Source: Bacteroidota bacterium (GTDB taxonomy: Bacteria; Bacteroidota; Bacteroidia; Bacteroidales; UBA1402). From it: DNA of 35,854 bases. Where the stretch lies: positions 1 through 35,854 of the forward strand of contig JAUZOU010000002.1 in assembly GCA_030706285.1 (NCBI GenBank), read 5' to 3'. The notes beneath the pieces were generated by a model. That model made no database searches, was not told the origin of the DNA, and saw nothing but the letters and a program-made list of their open reading frames with translations. Position numbers and translations under genes: made by a program. Shown here one piece after another: positions 22,612-30,940 of the stretch (its first letter is position 1; each line of letters opens with the position of its first letter).

Positions 22612-24126
22612 TTAGGCATTTAGGGTTCGACTTAGTTCCAACCTGTTGATCTTTCCATTCGAATTGACAGGCATCTTATTGATTCTGATCGCTTTTGACG
22701 GCAACATGTATTTAGGAATCAACTTAGACAATTGCTGCCGGAGATCGCTCATGGAAACGTCCGTCTTTGCCTCATAAAATAGAGTTATTTGCTGAACCTT
22801 ATAATCGTAGACGGCACAGCAACTATCTACCAGATGGGTTCCAAGAATGACTGTTTCAATTTCTCCAAGTTCAATCCGGTAGCCGTTCAATTTTATCTGA
22901 GCATCTTTTCGACCAACCAGGATAATCTCACCCGCCCTGTTTTGGTAGGCCAAATCGCCTGTCCGGTAAATCAGTTCCGGATAATGTCGGTTCAATGGAT
23001 TTTGAACAAACACTGTTTGTGTCTTTTCCTTGTCGTTGTAATAGCCCAATGCAAGGGATGATCCTCTCACACACAACTCACCTTGTTCACCAGGTTTGGC
23101 CATTTCTCCATTTTCAGTCAAAATCAGGATGTGCGTATTTTTACAAGCATAACCGATCGGCAATGGCTCATCATCTGAAAACGCCCGTTTCACCTCATAG
23201 TAAGTACAATCTACCGTTATTTCAGTCGGTCCGTACAAATTAACATAGCGACAATCGGGCAAATAGTTTCTCCAGTAATTCAGATGCTTGTTGTGCATCA
23301 CATCTCCGGCAAAAAAAACATCACGCAGATAAACTGGTTTTTTCATTGCAAACAGGTCCAGATTGGCTATCGTCGCAAACACATAAGGCACCCAGAAAAT
23401 CAGGCTGATTTGCCACTCATTCAACAAGTCGATCAATCTGGCAGGAAATGAAAACGAGTCCTCCGGCAAGATGGCCAATGTCGCTCCTGTGGCATACATC
23501 AGATAAATATCCAAGGTGGAATTGTCAAAATAGAATGGAGATTGATTGCCGATGATGGTAGTTTCGTCGATGTTCAATGCCAAGACGGCCCAGTCTATGT
23601 AATCAATCACCCCACGATGGGCAATCACGACGCCTTTTGGAATTCCGGTAGAACCTGAAGTGAATATCGAATAAACAGGATCTGTGTCAATTTTACGATC
23701 GATTGTATGCCGAATGGCCGATTCATCTATTTCCGGAGACAGGATCAAATCTTCGTATAAAATAATTTTCTGTAAACAAAATGACGTCAATGTTTCATAA
23801 TGACTTTTATCCGTAATGACGATTTGAGGGTCAATCACGTTTAAAATCGCTTTCACGCGAGCATCAGGAGACTTCACATCCAAAGGCACATAAAAGTTTC
23901 CACTATAATTAATTCCAAGAAAAGAGATAACAGATTCTTTGTTTTTAGGCATATATATTGCCACCGGACTGTCTTTCACCTGGCTGTTCAGCAGTTGCGA
24001 GGCTATCCTTTTCCCGGCATTCATCAGTTGAGCAAACGAAATCGCTCCATTCGCATCTTTTACAGCAATTTTGTCAGGATAGGCAGCCGTGGTTCTTTCC
24101 AGGTAGTCTGTTACGTTGGTTGTCAT
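22612..24126 (-). CDS. DltA-like stand-alone amino-acid adenylation enzyme (AMP-binding/ANL superfamily)
   Basis: The NRPS A-domain core motifs appear in order: SIFTSGSTGIPKGVVIAH (A3), NQSPFYFDNSTLDIY (A4, with the Asp that contacts an alpha-amino group), NLYGPTEITV (A5), GELCVRGSSLALGYY (A6), YRTGDLA (A7), GRKDAQIKLNGYRIELGEIE (A8), LPKYMLP (A9), NSNGKINR (A10). Length and motif spacing match DltA (NQAPFSFDLSVMDLY, TYGPTEATV) as I recall it. Confidence 0.9.
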   Translation of the reverse strand: MTTNVTDYLERTTAAYPDKIAVKDANGAISFAQLMNAGKRIASQLLNSQVKDSPVAIYMPKNKESVISFLGINYSGNFYVPLDVKSPDARVKAILNVIDPQIVITDKSHYETLTSFCLQKIILYEDLILSPEIDESAIRHTIDRKIDTDPVYSIFTSGSTGIPKGVVIAHRGVIDYIDWAVLALNIDETTIIGNQSPFYFDNSTLDIYLMYATGATLAILPEDSFSFPARLIDLLNEWQISLIFWVPYVFATIANLDLFAMKKPVYLRDVFFAGDVMHNKHLNYWRNYLPDCRYVNLYGPTEITVDCTYYEVKRAFSDDEPLPIGYACKNTHILILTENGEMAKPGEQGELCVRGSSLALGYYNDKEKTQTVFVQNPLNRHYPELIYRTGDLAYQNRAGEIILVGRKDAQIKLNGYRIELGEIETVILGTHLVDSCCAVYDYKVQQITLFYEAKTDVSMSDLRQQLSKLIPKYMLPSKAIRINKMPVNSNGKINRLELSRTLNA

Positions 24127-24316
24127 CTTTATATATAATTAATAGACAGTCTGCTATAAAAACAAGAGATACTAACCCTTCCAGTGTGTGTTCTTTAAAG
24201 GATATAACAGGGGTGTGCAAGGATTTTATACCCATTGCTATCAAACCGGCTACCGACCAGATTATAAGGCCATTATCCTTATAACCAGCCTTCATTCAGT
24301 CCTGCTATGAAAAAGT

Positions 24317-25255
24317 TTATTTATCAAGATTGTTGATGCTGTCCATAACCGCCAACGTTGTGTCAAGATAGGTTTGCAAGACATATTTCTTATGAGCCAA
24401 TAAATCAGTAACGCCTTGATATTCAGCTGCCAAAATAGCGTTTGACGACCGGCGATTACAAAGATAATCTTCATCATTCCACCAAATAAGCCCACTCGCT
24501 TTATTATTAAAATATTCGATGGTCAATAGTTTTGCTATAATTTGCTTATAGGTTGGATAATCTATAAGCATATTCCCGTTTGTAAAAGCTGGGTTGTCAC
24601 TTGAACAATATCTATGCCAGACAAAGCAATAGACAGGTTTATTTAACATACTACCCAATGCCAGGGCAAACCAAAGATTAGCCGTCATATAGTGAGAAAC
24701 AAACATCTGGTCAACGGTTAAACCTGCTTCATATCTTGGATAGAACTCTGGAGCCAGAAAATCCAGTTCTTTAAGCAAAGGAAGACATCGCTTTTGATTG
24801 GTCCCTTTTTCTTCAGCATATTGACTATAAATCCAGGTAGGCATAAAATAATAACTCCATTGCATATTTGGTCTCAGTTTTTTTGCATAACGCAATGCCG
24901 CAATAAACTGATTCAGATATTGTTGATAGACAGTTTCAGATGTGGAGCCCCTGCCGGCAAGCGTGTTATAGATCGATCCTTCCCAGTTTATGATGGCAAA
25001 GCCATGCTCTGCGGTGTCAGGCATCAACGAATTGACAATGCTCTCCATCTTTTCCTTGCTAAAAGAAACGCCATCCGCATTGACGAATTGATCCTGATAA
25101 AAGATATAGGCGCGTTGCAGTCCATTGGTTTTACCGAATTGAATTTGCCAAGAGTAAGGTTCAAGGGCGAACAACAGCTTTTGTTCAGTCTGGGAATTTA
25201 GTTTACCGAATGACCATCCAACCATCAACAAAAGCAAGAACAATAGCTTTTTCAT
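24317..25255 (-). CDS. Secreted protein with hyaluronidase (GH56)-like motifs. Putative polysaccharide-processing hydrolase
   Basis: Internal ATG at 25255 gives the signal peptide MKKLLFLLLLMVGWSFGKLNSQ. Motif series: FAIINWEG (compare GH56 VIDWEEW), AKKLRPNMQWSYYFMP (compare KLLRPNHLWGYYLFP), FLAPEFYP (compare LYPSIYL), ASGLIWWN (compare ASGIVIWG). The comparison sequences are recalled from animal hyaluronidases. No search was run. Confidence 0.5.
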   Translation of the reverse strand: MKKLLFLLLLMVGWSFGKLNSQTEQKLLFALEPYSWQIQFGKTNGLQRAYIFYQDQFVNADGVSFSKEKMESIVNSLMPDTAEHGFAIINWEGSIYNTLAGRGSTSETVYQQYLNQFIAALRYAKKLRPNMQWSYYFMPTWIYSQYAEEKGTNQKRCLPLLKELDFLAPEFYPRYEAGLTVDQMFVSHYMTANLWFALALGSMLNKPVYCFVWHRYCSSDNPAFTNGNMLIDYPTYKQIIAKLLTIEYFNNKASGLIWWNDEDYLCNRRSSNAILAAEYQGVTDLLAHKKYVLQTYLDTTLAVMDSINNLDK

Positions 25256-25411
25256 ACGAATGATTTTATTATAGACAATCAGGGTTAAGTCATCTATAAA
25301 CAACGAATCAGTTCATCCAATCCATATAATGATTGATAACATTCGATGACCCAAAAAAGATCGGTCTGACTCTGATTTTTATTAAACATGAAGGCTTTTG
25401 CCCGGCCGCAT

Positions 25412-26527
25412 TTATGAAAGAAGACTAGCATATCTAGTCTCAATCATATTGTAGATAATTTCTGTACTGTAAAAATTTCTCACTTTACGATACGCTTTTT
25501 CGCACAACATATTGGCATAGGCAGCATTCTCTATACAAAATTCAATCGCTTCCCGGATAGCTGATGCATTCTTTTCTCCAACAAGTAAACCGCATTTACT
25601 TCCATCAGCATCCGTTAGCATATCCGGTATAGCCGCTCTGTAAGTAGAGATAACCAATTTTCCTAAACTCATCGCTTCAAGAATGGAAATTGGAAAGGCC
25701 TCAGAAGGGAAATAGGTCGGCAGGGCCAGAATATCCATTGATTTCAGGAACTCAACAGCCATTGGATTTGGCAAAGGTCCAATTATTTGTATGTTTTTGT
25801 CCTTATACTGATCAAGAATTTCAGCTATTCTTCGTTCTGTCTTTGGACTGCCACCACCAACAATAAACAATGTCACATCTTTATTTTGCATGGAAATAAA
25901 CGCCTCAATCAATTCAAAAATGCCTTTTGTGGGAATTAGGTTCCCAATGAATGCAACGTTGTTAAACTTCTTGGGAGAATTGTCATATTCACGAGGCACA
26001 TCTATCCCATTTGGAATAAGATATATTTTTTGATTTAAGGACGGAATGCTTTTCAATATTTCTTCTGTTTTTCTGTCAAGAATCCAGATATTGTCGTATT
26101 GCTTCATTGTTAGTAGCAGGGACCATTTGTTAAAACCGCCGCACTCAATGATCGTCGGAATCGCCCCATAGCGACAATGTAAAATGCATTTTGTACCTTT
26201 ACGTTTGCAGATCCTGCACAAAACATAATCACGCAACGAACCGAACGAACCGCTGGTTGTGGTATGCATAATATCAAACCGCTGGCCTTTAAGGATTGTT
26301 CTGACCTGATGTGCCAAGATTATTAAATCCCAAAGTCCGGTCAATATTCTCCGAAGATTGGAATACCCCATTTTGTTTCCAAATCTGGGCATCGCATCAA
26401 TCGAAGTGATCTCAAAATGGTCTGATTTGAAATTTTTCACAAACTTTATAGCCCAAGAGCCAATACCACTACTGTTTTGTTTATGCACGACCTCACCTGT
26501 AGGAGCAATCAATAATACTCGCTTCAT
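25412..26527 (-). CDS. GT4-family glycosyltransferase
   Basis: GT-B fold. C-terminal EX7E-type region LPTYFPSEAFPISILEAMSLGKLVIST. Confidence 0.85.
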   Translation of the reverse strand: MKRVLLIAPTGEVVHKQNSSGIGSWAIKFVKNFKSDHFEITSIDAMPRFGNKMGYSNLRRILTGLWDLIILAHQVRTILKGQRFDIMHTTTSGSFGSLRDYVLCRICKRKGTKCILHCRYGAIPTIIECGGFNKWSLLLTMKQYDNIWILDRKTEEILKSIPSLNQKIYLIPNGIDVPREYDNSPKKFNNVAFIGNLIPTKGIFELIEAFISMQNKDVTLFIVGGGSPKTERRIAEILDQYKDKNIQIIGPLPNPMAVEFLKSMDILALPTYFPSEAFPISILEAMSLGKLVISTYRAAIPDMLTDADGSKCGLLVGEKNASAIREAIEFCIENAAYANMLCEKAYRKVRNFYSTEIIYNMIETRYASLLS

Positions 26528-26545
26528 ATCATTCTAATTTAGTTG

Positions 26546-27718
26546 TTAACTTTTATTTATCTCCAACAGAAATCTGTGAATTGATGATCCATGCTTTTTA
26601 TAATCGAAACAAGACAAGCCGACCTGATAACCATTCAATCCGATCAGGTCGGATTCAGCAGGATCTTCAACCGCTTTTTTCATTTTATCGGCTATCAGCG
26701 ACGCTTCCAATGTCGGTACGATATAGGCATTGACGGCATCTTTGAAATAGTATTGAATTTCTCCAACATTGACTGTAATGATAGGGCGCCTTGCAGACAG
26801 ATATTCTGCAATTTTCTGGCTGAACCTGGCTTTATCGATCTCACTGTTTTCCGATAAGGGAATCAATAAGGCGATGGCTCTTTCCATTTTTTGTTTTAGT
26901 TCTTCATTGGAAAGCTGCGGCAAAATTCTGATTCTGTCAACATAGTTGGTTTCGTTGATGTAGGAAGCAATCCTATGCATTTCTTGTTCACTCCCATACA
27001 AAACCAGTTGTAGCTGTTGCCTGTCATGCCTCTCTCTAACAAACAGGCAGAAACTATCGATAAGGACCTTTATGACTCTGAAATAGACAGCGCCGCCACA
27101 GAAAAAGAAATAATTATCAACAGTCGACCCATACTTCATATCATATTCATTATCAGCATAATCAGCCAGTATTGGAACTCTCAACATCGGTTTGTGAAAC
27201 CGTCTGATCTTGTTTTCCAGGTAAAGAGAGATTGGCAGAATGCCATCGACAAAGTAGCCGAAAGTTTTGTCAAATAAAAAAGCTGATACTCTTGTCAAGC
27301 CTTTGCGTGGCCAAGCCAGATGCCACTCATGGATAATATTGACGATCTTGTAGCCTGAAAACTTTGCCATCGCTATGTAAACTAAATACAAGGGATAAAC
27401 TGTTTCCAGCAGCACCACTGTATTGGTTGACGTGCGATCCTTCAGTTTTTTCAATACCGTATGCAATTGAATCAGATTGAACAGGAGGGAAATGACAATG
27501 CTTCTCCTGCGAAGGAAACAATAATAATTAAGGCCTTTGGTTTGTCCACTGACTAACCTGGATGCCAGATTAAAATCACCAATCACAGGATTGATGACAG
27601 ATACCTTGTCACCCTGCTCGATCAATCCCCTGCCAATTAGCTCCATCTTTGTGTTACTCGCTGTATACTTGAATGGATAATGCCTGGTACATTCAATGAA
27701 TAGGACGTTATTGTTCAT
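26546..27718 (-). CDS. Divergent GT-B-fold glycosyltransferase (GT4/GT1-like)
   Basis: 390 aa with a two-domain layout. The C-terminal half (LVLYGSEQEM...IALLIPLSE...FSQKIAEYLSARRPIITVNVGE) resembles the nucleotide-sugar-binding half of GT4 enzymes. The N-terminal half is poorly conserved. Confidence 0.6.
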   Translation of the reverse strand: MNNNVLFIECTRHYPFKYTASNTKMELIGRGLIEQGDKVSVINPVIGDFNLASRLVSGQTKGLNYYCFLRRRSIVISLLFNLIQLHTVLKKLKDRTSTNTVVLLETVYPLYLVYIAMAKFSGYKIVNIIHEWHLAWPRKGLTRVSAFLFDKTFGYFVDGILPISLYLENKIRRFHKPMLRVPILADYADNEYDMKYGSTVDNYFFFCGGAVYFRVIKVLIDSFCLFVRERHDRQQLQLVLYGSEQEMHRIASYINETNYVDRIRILPQLSNEELKQKMERAIALLIPLSENSEIDKARFSQKIAEYLSARRPIITVNVGEIQYYFKDAVNAYIVPTLEASLIADKMKKAVEDPAESDLIGLNGYQVGLSCFDYKKHGSSIHRFLLEINKS

Positions 27719-27758
27719 ACATGTTACCTTGAGAATTGGTCTTATTGGTAAAAATGGA

Positions 27759-28667
27759 TTACATTTCTGACAGGAAACGCCAGTAGTTCCTTGGGAACAG
27801 GCACAACAACCTGAAATGAACCGTTATCAATCTGAACAGGTAGAAGAACCAACCCTTCCTGGAAGTCAGCCCTCTGTACAGAAAAAGCCTGACAATCAAC
27901 ATATATCGTAACTTATCGTCATTTCCAGACACGATATATCGCTGAAAAGCAGCAGCATACACTTTCCCCATGCATTGACGGATAACTTTTTGTGAAACTG
28001 CGGTTAGTTGCCCATTCGAATGATTGATCCTGTAAACAGCTCCGTAAATATCAACAAAGATGCCTTTTGAGTGTTCCGATATTCTGATCCACATATCAGT
28101 ATCTTCAACATTCGACAGTGAGACATTGAACAATCCAACCGAATCAAGCACAGTCCGCCTGACAAAAATGGTGTTCGTATTGATATCATGCCCCCTGTAC
28201 AAAGCATGGTATTTTTTATCCAAAGCCGACATCCTTTTTCGGGTCCAATCGGTCACCATCACTTTTCCATCGCCCCTGTTAATTTCTTGCCTGCTTCTGC
28301 AGAACGAGTAACCTGCCTCAGGATTGGCCTCCATCACCTCCACCATTTTTTTTAAATAGCCGGGCAGGTAATAATCATCCGAATCCAGAAAGCAGACGTA
28401 ATCCTTTGTTGAGGCCATAATGCCACGGTTTCTGGCTCCAGAGACACCTTGTTCCGTACTGTCAGCCGGTTTTCGAAGAAGCATCACCTTTTTTCCGAAA
28501 GATTCAACCACTCTGATGGATCCGTCCGTCGAACCATCATCTGAAACAATGATTTCAACATCGCCTGTATAATTCTGAGAAATAACGCTATCCAAACTTA
28601 GCCCGACCGTTTTTTCCCGGTTATAGCAAGGAATAATCACACTGATTCCTTTAGTCTTACTGTTCAT
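27759..28667 (-). CDS. GT2-family glycosyltransferase
   Basis: ISVIIPCYNREKTVGLSLDSVISQ...VEIIVSDDGSTDGS...FLDSDDY, the classic GT-A DxD architecture. Confidence 0.9.
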   Translation of the reverse strand: MNSKTKGISVIIPCYNREKTVGLSLDSVISQNYTGDVEIIVSDDGSTDGSIRVVESFGKKVMLLRKPADSTEQGVSGARNRGIMASTKDYVCFLDSDDYYLPGYLKKMVEVMEANPEAGYSFCRSRQEINRGDGKVMVTDWTRKRMSALDKKYHALYRGHDINTNTIFVRRTVLDSVGLFNVSLSNVEDTDMWIRISEHSKGIFVDIYGAVYRINHSNGQLTAVSQKVIRQCMGKVYAAAFQRYIVSGNDDKLRYMLIVRLFLYRGLTSRKGWFFYLFRLITVHFRLLCLFPRNYWRFLSEM

Positions 28668-29856
28668 TTTCCCGTTCTTTATTCTTGATCAGCCCTTCCG
28701 TCATTGCCCAAATCATAGCCAGATAGGCAAAAAAGGTCGGATAAATAATCAAATGGCTGACCGAACTCATGACAATAAAGATCAAAAACGCTGCATAATT
28801 AGCCTGGAAAAACCGATCGTCAATGTGTCTTAGATAGAAGAGCCGTCGGATCAGTAGTAAAATGATGTACAAATAAATTATCAATCCGACGATGCCAAAA
28901 TCAAATAAGACTTCGAGGAAATCATTGTGCGCAGACACCCCGGTACCTTCAACTGTTGTACTGGCTGCCAATACACTATTTTGTCCGGAACCGATCAACT
29001 TGTCTTCAAGACTCTTGTCTTCAAATTTTTTCCAAACAGTTTTATAAATGTCCAACCGGCCTGATCCTTCATCACTTTGCATGGAAACAAACCTGTTTAA
29101 AATAAAATTATTCGTTTCTTTATTAATATAATTAAATGCAACAACTCCAGCTGCAATAATTGCACAGGACAACAGTATGCCGGCAACTATGTTGACACTT
29201 TTAGATTTAACGAAATCATAATAAATCGACATAAATAGAACTAAAACAGAATAGATTAACGCCGATCGTTTAAATGATATTAAAACCAATATAAATCCGA
29301 TGATGAGGAGCAGGTATTTTAAGCGCTTAGTCTTTGATAAAAAAGCAAAAGGCAAAAGAAGGGCATTAAAATAGATGGCATTGGATTGTACAAATACTTC
29401 TTTACCGTACTCATCATATCTTATAACCGTTTTGGTTCTCATATAGACAAAGAGAAGCAGCATCAAAAAGAACAGGAAAGGAAAGGCCTTTAAGAATAAT
29501 CTAACATTGCTCTCCTGAGAATCTTCATAGGCAATATAGTAAAACAAAAAATAGATTAAAGGCCACCAAATGATAGTTCGAAGGCTGCGAAACAAATCAT
29601 TTGAATTGACAATTGTATTTAATACGGCATAAATGAGCCAGACAAAGACAGCCATGTTTAAACTACTGTTGACCAAGTTACCGATATTTGAAATGATGAC
29701 GATCAGAGCGACAGCCTCCAGCAATAGTAACAACACAATGGCGAAATAACTGAACGTTGCAAATGTTGCCACATCATTTGCCTGTAAAGCGCAAAGGCTC
29801 CATAGCCCCAGTAATCCGTACGTGATGAATGTTATTGGCTTACTCATACAAGGCAT
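28657..29856 (-). CDS. wzy: O-antigen/capsule repeat-unit polymerase (Wzy; O-antigen-ligase-like family)
   Basis: Polytopic membrane protein with about 10 hydrophobic segments. It has a large loop followed by SAHNDFLEVLFDFGIVGLIIYLYI, typical of the Wzy_C/O-antigen ligase domain. It overlaps both neighbouring genes by 11 and 17 nt. Confidence 0.7.
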   Translation of the reverse strand: MPCMSKPITFITYGLLGLWSLCALQANDVATFATFSYFAIVLLLLLEAVALIVIISNIGNLVNSSLNMAVFVWLIYAVLNTIVNSNDLFRSLRTIIWWPLIYFLFYYIAYEDSQESNVRLFLKAFPFLFFLMLLLFVYMRTKTVIRYDEYGKEVFVQSNAIYFNALLLPFAFLSKTKRLKYLLLIIGFILVLISFKRSALIYSVLVLFMSIYYDFVKSKSVNIVAGILLSCAIIAAGVVAFNYINKETNNFILNRFVSMQSDEGSGRLDIYKTVWKKFEDKSLEDKLIGSGQNSVLAASTTVEGTGVSAHNDFLEVLFDFGIVGLIIYLYIILLLIRRLFYLRHIDDRFFQANYAAFLIFIVMSSVSHLIIYPTFFAYLAMIWAMTEGLIKNKERENEQ

Positions 29857-30940
29857 TTATTAGATAGGACTTAGAGTCGTTTATTTGCTCATATAGTTTT
29901 GTCATATCAGCGAAACTGATTTCATCAACCTCTTTAATTTCAGACAAAGGGGTCTCTTTGTGGACAATCCTGTTTTCCAGACCTAGATTCGTTAATAGAG
30001 AAGTGATGCGGCTAGCCGTTTTCTCTAATGCGATATAGGTATAAAAAGGACGCTGGAAAATGAGCGAAAATGCTGTTCCATGAAATGCATCCGTCACAAC
30101 AGCTGAGGCATATTTGATTAAATTGACATAAGTTTCTACTCCGGCTGAATTGATGAATACATCCACGTCATTGTATTCATTTCTTATTTTTGAGATCGGA
30201 TCGCTTGATAGTATCACCAGCTTGTTATTATTTTTGTTAATGGCTTTGGCTATATCTATCAGTGATTTTTTTCCATCCAGATCATAAATAAAAATATAAT
30301 CTTCCTTAATCAGCCGTTTGGGACATAGTAGACTCCATTCTTCTTTATTTAATAAAAAAACAGGATCCAGTACCTGAGGAACAGGCTTTCCCACAATTTC
30401 GCTTAAAAAAGCTGCCCCATCGTTTTCCCTGCAGGAAATTGCGTCAAAATCCACCACATACTCTCTGATTAGTTTTTTCAAGTTCTCTGAAAATTCACTA
30501 ACTCCAAAACTAGGTGCATAGGCAATTTTTTTCTGATTTTCTTTTTTGGGAAAAGGTTGAAAATAGATCAGATTATCAGGATATTCAAAATTAAACACCT
30601 GATCACTTCCTGTTAAAATACAATCATAATTAAAAGGAATATCTTCTACCTCCCTATACCGCTTTGTCAACTTGAAATGAGAAGCCGAGAACGTCCTGAA
30701 CCGCTTTTTTCTTAATAAATGGTCCGTTATAAAAACCGTCTTTACGATATAGTATATCATCTCCCGTACAGATCCCGGTTTATGATAATAATTATATCGG
30801 CGCATATGTTCGTCCGGATAATAATTGACAATTTCAATGTCGTAACCGTTATTCTTTAAAAATGAATACAGTCCGTACGTCTGCAGTACCGCTCCGTAAT
30901 TGATGGGGAAATGAAATGTTAGCAATCCAATCTTTTTCAT
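29840..30940 (-). CDS. Polysaccharide pyruvyl transferase family protein
   Basis: N-terminus MKKIGLLTFHFPINYGAVLQTYGLYSFLKNNGY is characteristic of capsule pyruvyl transferases. C-terminal VVTDAFHGTAFSLIF. Its start overlaps the stop of the upstream FeS protein gene by 4 nt (ATGA). Confidence 0.75.
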   Translation of the reverse strand: MKKIGLLTFHFPINYGAVLQTYGLYSFLKNNGYDIEIVNYYPDEHMRRYNYYHKPGSVREMIYYIVKTVFITDHLLRKKRFRTFSASHFKLTKRYREVEDIPFNYDCILTGSDQVFNFEYPDNLIYFQPFPKKENQKKIAYAPSFGVSEFSENLKKLIREYVVDFDAISCRENDGAAFLSEIVGKPVPQVLDPVFLLNKEEWSLLCPKRLIKEDYIFIYDLDGKKSLIDIAKAINKNNNKLVILSSDPISKIRNEYNDVDVFINSAGVETYVNLIKYASAVVTDAFHGTAFSLIFQRPFYTYIALEKTASRITSLLTNLGLENRIVHKETPLSEIKEVDEISFADMTKLYEQINDSKSYLINALYE

